Below are positions 18,233 to 28,442 of a stretch of DNA of 60,586 nt, one piece after another (position 1 is the stretch's first letter; every line of letters begins with the position of its first letter). The translations under genes and the position numbers were made by a program. The notes under the pieces were generated by a model. That model did not search any database, was not told where the DNA came from, and saw only the letters and a program-made list of their open reading frames with translations. The stretch is from Clostridia bacterium (lineage in GTDB: Bacteria > Bacillota > Clostridia > UMGS1883). The DNA lies in assembly GCA_045545055.1 (NCBI GenBank), contig JAZQAB010000105.1, forward strand, positions 1 through 60,586, written 5' to 3'.

Positions 18233-21200
18233 ATGATGAAAAAAGTATTTGCATTTTTAATGTCTTCAATTATTTTCTTTTCCGGATACAGCTTCACCAC
18301 ATTTTCTGCCAATGAAAACACAAGTGAATATTTTCAGGAAAAAATAGATTTTTATGAAAGTTTTAATGTTGGAGACCCTCAGGCTTTTACTGATGAAGAA
18401 TTTTTCGGTAAGTGGGACGGTGAAAAATGGGAGGTAGACCCTGCTTTTGATTATGAGAATTTTCCATGTTTAGTTGATATTGAAGAAGCTGCAAAAACAA
18501 GTGATTATGCTGCAGCAAAAGAAGCAACCCTTGAATATTACAGGCAAAGATTTAAAGAAGATAAGTATGAGAGCACTGTAACTGCAACCTCAAAATCTTA
18601 CCGTCTTTTGGGCGAGCTTGCGATGGAGAATACCATGATAAGATTTTCTAATCTTGTTCCTATGGAAAAACTTACACTCGTTGAAGATGAAAAATGGTAT
18701 GAGGCAGATTTGATCGAGCGTGTGTTACACCGAATTACAACTACAACTAGTACAAGGTTCAATATTCGTTTACACGAAACAAAAAAAGATGGATATATGG
18801 CACAGTTCTGGACTAAGGAAAGTGACAAAACTCCATATGTGAAAATTATTGTAAATGGTGCTGAACGAACATATTATCCTTTGGCAGATAATACTGTACG
18901 TGCCGGAGATTTCCTTAATACTTCGTATAGCAATGAAGAATATATGTACGCGAATGAAAGCTATACGACCATCGGAAAAGAATCTCCTATAGATAATTAT
19001 ACAAGGAGAGCATGCATGCTGTTCGATTTTTCCGACATAACAGCCAATGATACAATAAGCTCAGCAAAACTTTTTGTGTATGGAAAGATGATAGAGGATG
19101 ATAATCCTGAGAGACCGGAAGAAATAAAAACTTCAATGAGTGTTTTTGTGCTTGATGATGCACAGAACTTAAATTGGATAGAAGAGGGTCATTCTTGGTT
19201 ATCACAGAGTCAGGACGACAGCTTTTCATATGATGGAGAATATGGACCCAATCTTACAATTCCCACAAAGCTGAGTGGTCAGTGGTCGGCTTTTGTAATG
19301 CATCAGCAGTATATGGTGAAGTGGCTTACCGACCTTTACAGAGGAACAGGTGATGAAGCATATGCATATCACGCTATAAGACTTACAATAAATTCAGCTC
19401 ACATTCTCCGTGACGATTTTACTCAGGTAACTCAGTACTTTATGCAACTAGCAACAAGAAACTCAAATCTTGTAACAAACTTATACACACTTATAAAAAG
19501 TGATTATATGACTCCTGAGTATTTCACAGTAATTCTGAAATTGATTCATATGCAAAATGACTACCTTGTAGAAGGTTGGTCGAGCGGCGATGAAACAAAT
19601 AATATAGGCTCTATAGTAACAGCGGGACTTATGAAGGGCGCATTAACTATCAGGGAGTTTAAAAAATACAGTGCCCCAAAAACTGGGTTAAGTAATCCTA
19701 ATTGGCCTGGCTCAATGCAGGGCGGATGGAGAGATGTAGGTATATATCGCTCAATTTATAAATTAAAAACTACGGTTTTTGAAGACGGTAGTTGTGTGGA
19801 AATTCCGATTGCCTATCTTATGACCAATGTAACTCACTTCTTTGAGTGTTATGAGTGGGCAGAGGAGATTGGTTTCGGAGAAGAAATGGCAAAATATGTT
19901 GAGAGCTCTGAACGTGAGCTTCTTCGCAAAGTTGCATACTATGTTGTGAATATGCAAAACCCTATAAAAGGAGTATGGCAGATTGGCGATGACAGCAAAT
20001 ACGTATCAAATAATTCTTCGAAAATGTGTTATATTGTAAAGTTTTTTGGAATAAATGATGACCCCGTTATCGAATGGGGATATTCTAAGGGAGAAAATGG
20101 AGCGCCGCCTGAGAACACTTCATATGTTTCAGATACGGTGCAAAAAGCTGTTCTTAGAAGCAATTGGACAGAAAATGCGGTGGCGCTATATATGGATGCC
20201 GACGGTGGAGTTGGCTCTCATGCGCATAATGATGACCTTTCTCTGGGACTTATGGCTTATGGAAAGTATCTTCTTGTTGACCCTCTTAAGCATACTTATA
20301 ACGGAGACCAGAAGATTGTAAGCTGGCAGGTTTCCACAAGGGCTCATAATACTATTGAAATAAATAACGCTACCCAGCGTGGAATGGTCACCGGACAAGG
20401 TCTTACTGAAGAGCCTTTTGGTGAAGAACTTTATTTTCCTTCGCAAACAGGTGAAATAGGTTCTCTGAATCCAGAAACAAGATATCTTGGAAAGCTTTAT
20501 GATTATATGGAGGGTGATACAAACGGGTATAAGAATAACAATGCTCTTAATGGTGATTTTAAGGTTTCGAGGAATGTGCTTTTTGTAAAACCCGGATATT
20601 TTATTGTAACTGATTATATAAAACCTGAAAATACAGACGAGAATACATATAAACAGGCATGGCATCTTTATCCGGGTATCAAGTATGAAATAGAAGAAGA
20701 TTCAAAAAATATTGTTTCAAAAGATGCACAAGGTGCAAATCTTATTATTGCTCCCGTTGACAGCAACGGAGAAATCTCTCTGGAAAAACGAAGAGGATAT
20801 TACAGTACACAGGGCTCTAATACTCCGGTTATTGTAGAAAACGAATATGTAACTTATAATAAGCAGAAAAATGGAACAACAACCTATAACACAATTTTGT
20901 ATCCTTTAGCAGCAGGCGAAATAAAGGATATACAGACAGCAGATATTCCTCTTGATGTGGATGAAAGTGTTGCAAATGCATTTTCAGCAATAATAACCGA
21001 TAAAAATTCTGGGGGAGTAACTAATGTTTCTTACTATACTTTGTTTGATGATACACAGAAAGCAGATAGAAAATTCGGATATTACAGAACAGACGGAACA
21101 CTTGCGTTTGTTGAAAAAATTCAGGATAATTACAGCAAAGTAATTCTGAAAAACGCAACAAAGCTTTCCGTTGACGGAGGAAATGCGATTGTAGAGAACG

Positions 21201-22105
21201 GAAATATTATTAAAGACATAGGAATAAAAAATGAAAATTACGCTATCGAAATTGATGTAAAGGATGAAAGTGATATCGATGTGGATACTTTCAGACTTTA
21301 CAGCGATGATAATATAAAATCTGTAACCATTAATGGTCGCAGTGTATACTTTGAACAGAGAGACGGTTATGTTTATCTGAGGGAAACAGGAATTCCGGAG
21401 GATGTAACTGATGATACCATTTCTGCCCCGATAGTACCTGAACATTCTACTGGAAAAAAGCCTTCAGGATGTGGAGGAAGCTCTTCTGGGGTTGGCTCTA
21501 CCAGTGGAGAAAGTGATAACCCCGAAAACGATAAAACGGGTATAGACACTCCCGTAGCTACGGACAAGGATAAAGAGTCTTTCTCTGATATTTCTGCACA
21601 CTGGGCAGAAAAGTATATTCTTGAAGCAAGTGAAAAGAAACTTGTAAATGGTGACGGAAAAGGAAACTTTAAGCCTGACGACTCCGTAACACGGGCTGAG
21701 CTTATTACAATGCTTATGCGTGCAGTAGAGGGAAATGATGTTAATTATAACGGAAACTTCTCCGATGTGGTTTCAGACGATTGGTTTGCACTCGCAGTTG
21801 CGAAAGCATTGTCATTGGGAATTATATCAGAAGATACAAAATTCCGTCCCAATGATTGTGTAACTCGAGAAGAAATGTGCAAGATGATAGTGAATGTATA
21901 CACAATTCTCAGCGGTGAGATAATTGCCAGAAATGACATTACATTTTCTGACGGAGAGGATATATCCTCATGGGCGGAGGATTTTGTTAAAAAAGCCGTG
22001 TCAGCAGGACTCATGAATGGTGTTGACAAGAATTCTTTTGCTCCCAGGAGTGGAGCAACACGAGCTCAGGTAGCAACAGTAATTTGCAGAATGCTGAAAA
22101 ATTAA
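18233..22105 (+). CDS. 1290-aa heparinase II/III-like (polysaccharide-lyase fold) protein with C-terminal 3x SLH anchor
   Basis: Seen: AAAGGAGAG RBS and a signal peptide. Known: heparinase II/III block GVGSHAHNDDLSLGLMAYGKYLLVDP...RAHNTIEIN, and an upstream helical region starting DYAAAKEATLEYYRQR. After a Gly/Ser linker come three SLH repeats (FSDISAHWAEKYILEASEKKLVNGDG...; FSDVVSDDWFALAVAKALSLGIIS; ISSWAEDFVKKAVSAGLMNGVDKNSFAPRSGATRAQVATVICRML). Confidence 0.85.
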   Translation: MMKKVFAFLMSSIIFFSGYSFTTFSANENTSEYFQEKIDFYESFNVGDPQAFTDEEFFGKWDGEKWEVDPAFDYENFPCLVDIEEAAKTSDYAAAKEATLEYYRQRFKEDKYESTVTATSKSYRLLGELAMENTMIRFSNLVPMEKLTLVEDEKWYEADLIERVLHRITTTTSTRFNIRLHETKKDGYMAQFWTKESDKTPYVKIIVNGAERTYYPLADNTVRAGDFLNTSYSNEEYMYANESYTTIGKESPIDNYTRRACMLFDFSDITANDTISSAKLFVYGKMIEDDNPERPEEIKTSMSVFVLDDAQNLNWIEEGHSWLSQSQDDSFSYDGEYGPNLTIPTKLSGQWSAFVMHQQYMVKWLTDLYRGTGDEAYAYHAIRLTINSAHILRDDFTQVTQYFMQLATRNSNLVTNLYTLIKSDYMTPEYFTVILKLIHMQNDYLVEGWSSGDETNNIGSIVTAGLMKGALTIREFKKYSAPKTGLSNPNWPGSMQGGWRDVGIYRSIYKLKTTVFEDGSCVEIPIAYLMTNVTHFFECYEWAEEIGFGEEMAKYVESSERELLRKVAYYVVNMQNPIKGVWQIGDDSKYVSNNSSKMCYIVKFFGINDDPVIEWGYSKGENGAPPENTSYVSDTVQKAVLRSNWTENAVALYMDADGGVGSHAHNDDLSLGLMAYGKYLLVDPLKHTYNGDQKIVSWQVSTRAHNTIEINNATQRGMVTGQGLTEEPFGEELYFPSQTGEIGSLNPETRYLGKLYDYMEGDTNGYKNNNALNGDFKVSRNVLFVKPGYFIVTDYIKPENTDENTYKQAWHLYPGIKYEIEEDSKNIVSKDAQGANLIIAPVDSNGEISLEKRRGYYSTQGSNTPVIVENEYVTYNKQKNGTTTYNTILYPLAAGEIKDIQTADIPLDVDESVANAFSAIITDKNSGGVTNVSYYTLFDDTQKADRKFGYYRTDGTLAFVEKIQDNYSKVILKNATKLSVDGGNAIVENGNIIKDIGIKNENYAIEIDVKDESDIDVDTFRLYSDDNIKSVTINGRSVYFEQRDGYVYLRETGIPEDVTDDTISAPIVPEHSTGKKPSGCGGSSSGVGSTSGESDNPENDKTGIDTPVATDKDKESFSDISAHWAEKYILEASEKKLVNGDGKGNFKPDDSVTRAELITMLMRAVEGNDVNYNGNFSDVVSDDWFALAVAKALSLGIISEDTKFRPNDCVTREEMCKMIVNVYTILSGEIIARNDITFSDGEDISSWAEDFVKKAVSAGLMNGVDKNSFAPRSGATRAQVATVICRMLKN

Positions 22106-22373
22106 AGTTAAGATGCAATGGTTTTGTGAACAAAAGGAAACATAAAAGAGTAGCAACAACGATAGAAATTGTTGAGCATATGTTTGGAACAGAAAGAACT
22201 ATTGAGTCAATTGCAGAGGTAGGATTTGACAGAAGTGCTTATTTCGATTGCTACTCAAACTCTTTTATAGAACAGGAGAATTATTCAGGAACGACAAAGA
22301 AATTCCGTTAGTAAGGTATTTGATCGAGAATATAGAACAATATAAAAACTAAAAATTAAATCTATGAAAAATT

Positions 22374-22415
22374 AAGGAAGCCTTCGTTTACATATATATA
22401 AACGAGGGCTTCCTT
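22374..22415. terminator. Hairpin terminator between convergent operons
   Basis: Seen: a 17-bp stem (22374-22390 pairs with 22399-22415, one G-U pair) and an 8-nt loop. On the minus strand it is followed by AATTTTT. It lies between the + stop at 22105 and the - stop at 22449. Confidence 0.7.
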
Positions 22416-22448
22416 GTAGTTAATATCATACTCTATTAATTAGATGTG

Positions 22449-25157
22449 TTATTGTTCTTTTATTTCAACTCTTTTTACTTTAATAAGATTCCCTGGGTAG
22501 GAGAGAGCAAAACTTACATCAGTACAATCAAAAGGAACATCCTTGTAAACTGTTTTCAGTGAACTTTCAGTTCCGTTCAGTGTTAACGAAGACACAAACC
22601 TGCCGTCGGTTTTTATTGTCAACATTATTTGCGATATAGTAGGCTCTGCAGATGTGTATTCAATACATAAAAGATGGTTTCCGGTTTTGTTTAGAGTGAG
22701 TTTGTATTCTAAATCGTTTTCAAATGACAGAATCTCGACAACTGTTTTAAGAGTGTCCAGCATTTCATAAAGAGAACGCTTCATTTTGCAACCGTTTTCA
22801 ATAAACCTGTCAAGGGCCTTTGAGGTGCATAAATACCGTAAAACATTTATTGCATTTCTCTGTAATTGTCCTCTCGTTATTGTACCGTTTTTTAAGGATT
22901 GTGTAAGATTGTCATTAAATGTAAGAGAATCGGGAGCAGGCATAAAAATGTCATTCTGAGCTTCAACCATATTTTTCAGATTAATATAATCAGTTTCTTC
23001 AATGCTTAATTTTGGCCACCAGTCGGTCATAACAAAACCGTCATATCCCCATTCATTACGTAATATCAGAGTATTAAGCTCATAATTGTTTGCAGTCCAG
23101 ATTCCGTTGAGAGGATTGTATGAGGTCATAAGGGAAGAGGGCTTTCCGTATTTTATTGCATACTCAAAACTTTTTAAATAGATTTCTCTTGCTGCACGTT
23201 CGCTCATTACAGAGTCAACTTCACGTCTGTTAAATTCCTGGGAATTAGCCGCAAAATGCTTTACGGTTGCAGAATTTCTATGCTTTGATATTCCTCTTAT
23301 AAGTGCTGCACCAATAATTCCGGAAAGATACGGGTCCTCTGAAAGATATTCGAAGTTTCTGCCATTTAACGGGGTTCTGTGAATATTAATGCCAGGACCA
23401 AGAATACAGTCAACAGAGTATGCAGACATTTCTATACTTAAAAGCTCGTAAAGCCTTTCGGCAAGAGAGGTATCCCATGTACAGGCGATAGCAGTTCCGT
23501 TTGGAATACTTGTTGCGTATTCTCCACTGTCCATACGTATACCTGACGGCCCATCATGAAGTGCTGCCACAGGAATCCCAAAGCTACAGAGACTCTCGGT
23601 AACACCGCCCAAAACCCCGGCATTTCCGGGTCTCGCTTTATGAGAACACATTCCTTCCCCTTTAAGAAGACAAATAAGGTCAGTATCCGATAACTGAGAA
23701 ACGAATTCTTCCATCATATGCTTGCCTTGCTTCACATCAAAAAGTTTTATTCCCAGATTGCCAGTATAGGGAAGCTCAGAAGGAAGCTCTTCAAGAAGCC
23801 TTTTTTCGTAATCAACAGTTCTGATAGATACAGGCTTATAGCAAAGTTGGGGATTTCCGTTTATTTCTGCCGCATGAAATATATCAAAGCTTCGCATTGG
23901 GGCGACTGCTTCAGTGCATTCTTTTACAACTATTGTTTGGTCAACTGTATATGTAAAAGCTATATCACTACAACGCACCGAGTTGCCAATGTAAATGTTA
24001 TAATTCCCCTTTTCAAGTACATAGCAGGACTTGTTTCCCGTAATACCGCTGTCATCATAGGCGCACATATCTGAAATATTAATTATCATATGAATAATCT
24101 GTTTTTCGCCCGGGAAAAGTAGTCTTGTTTTTGAAAATGCACACAATTCTCGCTTGCTTTTTCCAAGCAGTCCAAAGGGAGCACTAAAATAAGCTTGTAC
24201 TGTTTCCCTACCTTTGGTGCTACCTGTATTTTCGATTTCTATATCAAGAGAAATGGTGCTGTCGCATAAAACAGTGTTTATAGTCCTAAAACTGAATTGA
24301 GTATAGGAGAGTCCAAAACCAAACGGGTATAATACATCATCGGGAGCGAACGTTTCAAAATAACGATAGCCGACAAAAATATCTTCAACGTACAGATTGA
24401 AATCACTATTTCCAAAATTTTTGACTGATGGGTATAGATAAATATCCTTTGCAATTGTATCTGTAAGTTTGCCTGAAGGAGTAACTTTGCCACTTAGAAC
24501 ATCTGCTACAGCGTTTCCGCCTTCCTGCCCACCTTGCCAGATATACATTACTGATTTTATATTGTATTTTTCAACCCACTTCATATCAATAATGTTACCC
24601 ACATTGAGAAGCACAACTGTTCTGTCAAAATATTTTGTAACTGCATCGAGAAGCTTTTCCTCATCCTCGGAAAGATACCAGCTTCCTTTTTCTGCGCTGT
24701 TATCCCTGTCCTCACCGGAGATCCTTCCAATTACAATTACTGCGGTGTCTGATTTTTTTCTGGCGGAAGAGAGGAGCCTATCGTCAGGTATCATTTCCCT
24801 TTGAAACCAAGGCTCCTGTGCCCAACCGTTACCAAGGTCAAAAGGATTTTCCAAAATCCATTGTTCATAGGCGTGTGCCACTTCTTCATTGATTGATAGC
24901 TCAGAGTTATTTCTTATTCCTTCGAGAATATTTACTGTGTACTTAACTCTCACAAGGCCGCCTGAGCCGGTTCCGCTTTTGTTGTAATTAATTTGTGAAC
25001 GTCCAAAAAGCGAGATTACATTTTCTTTTCCCAGAGGCAATACATTACATTCATTTTTAAGCATTACACAGCTTTCTGCACTTACCTCTCTTGCAAGAGA
25101 GGCAAGCGGGGGGGAAGGCTCTTGAGAAAGAGCTTTTAAATCAATATCGTTAGTCAT
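22449..25157 (-). CDS. GH3 beta-glucosidase-type glycoside hydrolase (902 aa), cytoplasmic
   Basis: Seen: the ATG at 25157 (MTNDIDLKAL) is well spaced from GAGGAA. The longer track start at 25256 would overlap the upstream gene. Known: GH3 blocks KHFAANSQE, GFVMTDWW (nucleophile Asp context) and GFGLSYTQF. Confidence 0.9.
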   Translation of the reverse strand: MTNDIDLKALSQEPSPPLASLAREVSAESCVMLKNECNVLPLGKENVISLFGRSQINYNKSGTGSGGLVRVKYTVNILEGIRNNSELSINEEVAHAYEQWILENPFDLGNGWAQEPWFQREMIPDDRLLSSARKKSDTAVIVIGRISGEDRDNSAEKGSWYLSEDEEKLLDAVTKYFDRTVVLLNVGNIIDMKWVEKYNIKSVMYIWQGGQEGGNAVADVLSGKVTPSGKLTDTIAKDIYLYPSVKNFGNSDFNLYVEDIFVGYRYFETFAPDDVLYPFGFGLSYTQFSFRTINTVLCDSTISLDIEIENTGSTKGRETVQAYFSAPFGLLGKSKRELCAFSKTRLLFPGEKQIIHMIINISDMCAYDDSGITGNKSCYVLEKGNYNIYIGNSVRCSDIAFTYTVDQTIVVKECTEAVAPMRSFDIFHAAEINGNPQLCYKPVSIRTVDYEKRLLEELPSELPYTGNLGIKLFDVKQGKHMMEEFVSQLSDTDLICLLKGEGMCSHKARPGNAGVLGGVTESLCSFGIPVAALHDGPSGIRMDSGEYATSIPNGTAIACTWDTSLAERLYELLSIEMSAYSVDCILGPGINIHRTPLNGRNFEYLSEDPYLSGIIGAALIRGISKHRNSATVKHFAANSQEFNRREVDSVMSERAAREIYLKSFEYAIKYGKPSSLMTSYNPLNGIWTANNYELNTLILRNEWGYDGFVMTDWWPKLSIEETDYINLKNMVEAQNDIFMPAPDSLTFNDNLTQSLKNGTITRGQLQRNAINVLRYLCTSKALDRFIENGCKMKRSLYEMLDTLKTVVEILSFENDLEYKLTLNKTGNHLLCIEYTSAEPTISQIMLTIKTDGRFVSSLTLNGTESSLKTVYKDVPFDCTDVSFALSYPGNLIKVKRVEIKEQ

Positions 25158-25176
25158 AAACATTTCCTCGAAAATT

Positions 25177-27333
25177 TCAATTATTATCAATTTTTCTAAA
25201 TCTCTTAAAAATGGTAGAAAAATCACCATATGGATACTCAGGCATAACTCCTGCATACATCAGTTCATCGCCACCAAATTCCTCTCCGGTTTCGACATCG
25301 ACATATACAGAAGTTTCGTCAAGGCCTTCAAGCATAATGGATTCTTCCTTATAATTAGCAACAGAAAGAATTCTGCAAGTGAAGAGAATAAATTCGCAAC
25401 CGTCTTTTGCCACAATCTGCCAACCGCAATAATTGCTTTCATAGGGGTTCTGAAGCCTGTAAAAATCGCCTGTTCTTACGAGTGTGCGTATATCCTTGTA
25501 AAGCTTTATTTGTGATTTTATTTCATCGATTTCACTCTGTGGCATTTTTGTTATATCAAGTTCATAACCAAACGCACCTGTGTAAGCAACGTCAGCTCTT
25601 GTTTTTAAAGGTGTGAATCGGCCAAGCTGGTGATTAGGAGAAGCCGTGACATGTGCCGAAATTGAACTAAGGGGATAGCATATAGAGGTGGAGTACTGAA
25701 TTTTAAGCCTTGCTACTGAATCAGAATTATCACTCGTCCATATCTGCGGTGAATAAGCGAGCATTCCAGCGTCAAATCTTCCGCCTCCGCCTGAGCAGCC
25801 TTCTATGAGAAGTTCAGGAAATTCGGTCAGCAAAGAATCAAGAATTTTATATAAACCCAACGTGTATTTATGATTATAACCCTTGCAAGGCATGTCGGTC
25901 ATAATTCTGTTGTAGTCCCATTTTATATAACTGATTCCTGAATCTCTTATGATTGTGCTCAATGTTTTTATTATATAATCACATACATCGCTTTTTGTAA
26001 GGTCAAGCATATACTGATTTCTACCAAGTGCAGGATTTCTGTGGGGAGTTCTAATAATCCAGTCAGGGTGACTGCGATAAAGATCTGAGTCCGGACTTAC
26101 CATTTCAGGCTCAAACCAAAGTCCGAAACTAATACCCAAAGCATTCACTTTTTCTGTAAGTCCTTTTATTCCTGATGGAAGCTTTTTTTTGTTTGCTATC
26201 CAGTCTCCAAGAGATGTTTTGTCATCGTTTCTTATTCCAAACCAACCATCATCAAGAACAAAAAGTTCCATTCCGGCATCTTTTCCAAGCTTTGCTATAT
26301 TAAGAAGCTTCTTTTCGTCAAAATCAAAATATGTGCCTTCCCAATTGTTTATAAGTATAGGACGGTCTTTTTGTGCCCAACTACTTTTGCAAAGATTGTC
26401 GCGGTAAATATCATGAAGCTGCCTTGAAATTCCGCCAAACCCGTTTGAACTGTAACATATTACTGTCTGTGGTGTGAAGAATGTTTCTCCGGGTTTTAAA
26501 CTATGAGAAAATCCAAAAGGATTAATTCCTTGCATTATACGCACATTTCCAAACTGGTCACATTCGCAGAAAGAAGAGTGATTGCCGCTGTAAATGAGAG
26601 AAAAACCGTATGCGTCAGAGCTTCTTTCAGTTGTATTTTTGTCACACAGAATTACAAAGGGATTCATTGCGTGGCCACTGCCTCCGCTTGCATTTGATAT
26701 GTCAATTTTCTCTCCCTGTTTTATGGGGACACGAACAAATTCTCTTTCTCTTGACCATGCTCCGGGGAAGTAAATAAGGTCATAGTCATGCTTGGCAAAA
26801 TCTACACTTGCACTGTATGCGGAATCTATGTCAATATCATTTTGAGAATCATTTATAAATTTCGTGCTTCTTAAGATAATGTCATATTCTTCAAAAACTG
26901 TATACGACAAAATAATTCTTAACCCCGTTATTTCATCACAAAGAGTAATTTCGAGAGTTGAGGGGGTAAGATTTCCTCTGAAAACAGAAGGCATCCCCTC
27001 AATATAAGCAGTTTCATTCTCTTTAATACAGTATGATTTATAACAGAGCTTTGAAACAGAATCTCCTAGATTGTTTTTTGCTATATAAGCAGGATTTCTC
27101 AGGTCAGTATAACCGTATGCAGGATATTCCTGCAACGCTGTTCCAAGAAAAAAACCATTTTCATCACAACACATAAGGGTACGGTCATCATTTTTTATTT
27201 TTGCAGAGTAGTCCCTGTTCAATAGTTTTTTTCCAAAATAATAATGGAGCAAATCACCATACTCATTTAACGCCATAATGTAGCTTGTATTTTTACCTGT
27301 AAGATGAAATGTATTTTTGTTTTTTACTATCAT
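25177..27333 (-). CDS. GH36 alpha-galactosidase
   Basis: Seen: 718-aa ORF with a GGGAGGAA RBS. Known: GH36 signature blocks FVLDDGWF, YIKWDYNR and EGCSGGGGRFD. Confidence 0.9.
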   Translation of the reverse strand: MIVKNKNTFHLTGKNTSYIMALNEYGDLLHYYFGKKLLNRDYSAKIKNDDRTLMCCDENGFFLGTALQEYPAYGYTDLRNPAYIAKNNLGDSVSKLCYKSYCIKENETAYIEGMPSVFRGNLTPSTLEITLCDEITGLRIILSYTVFEEYDIILRSTKFINDSQNDIDIDSAYSASVDFAKHDYDLIYFPGAWSREREFVRVPIKQGEKIDISNASGGSGHAMNPFVILCDKNTTERSSDAYGFSLIYSGNHSSFCECDQFGNVRIMQGINPFGFSHSLKPGETFFTPQTVICYSSNGFGGISRQLHDIYRDNLCKSSWAQKDRPILINNWEGTYFDFDEKKLLNIAKLGKDAGMELFVLDDGWFGIRNDDKTSLGDWIANKKKLPSGIKGLTEKVNALGISFGLWFEPEMVSPDSDLYRSHPDWIIRTPHRNPALGRNQYMLDLTKSDVCDYIIKTLSTIIRDSGISYIKWDYNRIMTDMPCKGYNHKYTLGLYKILDSLLTEFPELLIEGCSGGGGRFDAGMLAYSPQIWTSDNSDSVARLKIQYSTSICYPLSSISAHVTASPNHQLGRFTPLKTRADVAYTGAFGYELDITKMPQSEIDEIKSQIKLYKDIRTLVRTGDFYRLQNPYESNYCGWQIVAKDGCEFILFTCRILSVANYKEESIMLEGLDETSVYVDVETGEEFGGDELMYAGVMPEYPYGDFSTIFKRFRKIDNN

Positions 27334-27353
27334 TATTTATTTCCTCCCTAATG

Positions 27354-27394
27354 TACTATAACGTTATAGTAACAAACTAAAAATATCTTGTCAA
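27354..27394 (-). promoter_or_regulatory. Promoter of the GH36-GH3 operon overlapped by an 18-bp LacI-type palindromic operator
   Basis: Seen, reading the minus strand: TTGACA (27394-27389), a 17-nt spacer, then TACTAT (27371-27366). The perfect palindrome TACTATAACGTTATAGTA occupies 27354-27371, so its first 6 nt are the -10 box. It is identical to the site at 28467-28484. Confidence 0.6.
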
Positions 27395-27417
27395 GGCTTT
27401 GAATTAAAAAAGTAAAA

Positions 27418-28383
27418 TTAACAGTTAAATTCAAAAATCTCAACATCTATGAGTTCGTGAATTTTATTCTTACTGCCTTCTATTTTACTTAAAAGAGAGT
27501 TAGTTGCTTTTTCAGCCCAACCGCCGTTTATCATACCAACACTTATGTTCTGAAAAGGTATATGTAGGTGAGAACATGTCGCATCAAAGCCTATAACGGG
27601 TACATTTTTTACCATAGACATAATTTCAAAAGCAATTAAATCAGAAAAAGCAACAATAGAATCAAACTGTACACTGCTTTCAATAATTTCTCTTATGGCA
27701 TTGCATGCATTGTCTGCTTTAGGACTTATCTGTATGAAGCGTTCTGAGGGAAGAGATATCCCTTTTTCCAAAAATGCTTGCTTAAGACCGTCGAATCTAT
27801 TGCGGCTTGACTCTACATATTCGTACGCTCCGATATATAACGGATTTGTATAAGAGTTGTCTGTAAGATATTTTCCTGCGAGTATACCTGCCTTAAAATC
27901 ATCTGCACAAACATAGTCAGTATCAAGCTGGGCAAAATATCTACCAATTAATATATATGGAATGTCCAACTTGTTTAACAACTCTATATTGTCTGTACTG
28001 TGCTGTGTAGGACATATTAAAATTCCGTCAACCTGCTTACTGCAGGCAGTAACTATAGCGTCATACTCTGCTTCTTCGTCCTCGTTTGTGTTTAGAATAA
28101 TTACTGAGTATTTAAATAACCGCATTTTATCTTCAATGAGCTTTATCTGATGGGCTATGTGTGGATTTGAAATATCGGGAATGATAATTGCAATAGTAAA
28201 GGTTTTGCCTGAACGAAGTGAGACTGCTGCGTTATTGGAAATATAACCTAATCTTTTAGCAGTTTCAAGCACCTTTTGTTTTGTTTCCTCAGATATATCA
28301 TCAATTCCATTCATAACATGGGACACAGTACCTATTGTTATATTAAGTTCTTGGGCAATATCTTTTAGTGTTATTTTTTTCAT
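27418..28383 (-). CDS. LacI-family transcriptional repressor
   Basis: Seen: the ATG at 28383 (MKKITLKDIA) lies 6 nt after AGGAG. The ATG at 28389 directly abuts the RBS. Known: the N-terminal HTH ITLKDIAQELNITIGTVSHVMNG plus a periplasmic-binding-protein fold is typical of LacI/GalR. Confidence 0.9.
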   Translation of the reverse strand: MKKITLKDIAQELNITIGTVSHVMNGIDDISEETKQKVLETAKRLGYISNNAAVSLRSGKTFTIAIIIPDISNPHIAHQIKLIEDKMRLFKYSVIILNTNEDEEAEYDAIVTACSKQVDGILICPTQHSTDNIELLNKLDIPYILIGRYFAQLDTDYVCADDFKAGILAGKYLTDNSYTNPLYIGAYEYVESSRNRFDGLKQAFLEKGISLPSERFIQISPKADNACNAIREIIESSVQFDSIVAFSDLIAFEIMSMVKNVPVIGFDATCSHLHIPFQNISVGMINGGWAEKATNSLLSKIEGSKNKIHELIDVEIFEFNC

Positions 28384-28406
28384 AAGCATCTCCTGTTCAT
28401 AACATA

Positions 28407-28435
28407 ATTATAAATTTTCATGAAAGTTTTGTCAA
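28407..28435 (-). promoter_or_regulatory. Consensus sigma-A promoter for the LacI gene
   Basis: Seen, reading the minus strand: TTGACA (28435-28430), a 17-nt spacer, then TATAAT (28412-28407). The -10 box ends 23 nt upstream of the ATG at 28383. Confidence 0.6.
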
Positions 28436-28442
28436 TAATTAG

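Noticed and set aside
20186-21445. Minus-strand ORFs 20186..20665 (159 aa) and 20984..21445 (153 aa), plus the + ORF 20055..20321, inside the 1290-aa lyase-like gene.
   Set aside because: They are nested in or antisense to the heparinase II/III block region. Their Ile/Phe/Lys-rich composition is low-information. They have no RBS and no recognisable motif.
22084-22311. 75-aa + ORF just after the cassette 1 lyase gene. Its tail (TIESIAEVGFDRSAYFDCYSNSF...TTKKFR) faintly resembles the second helix-turn-helix of AraC regulators.
   Set aside because: It starts inside the lyase gene and has no RBS. The resemblance is limited to I..IA..GF...YF. It could be a third AraC relic marking the cassette boundary, but the evidence is too thin to call either a CDS or a pseudogene.
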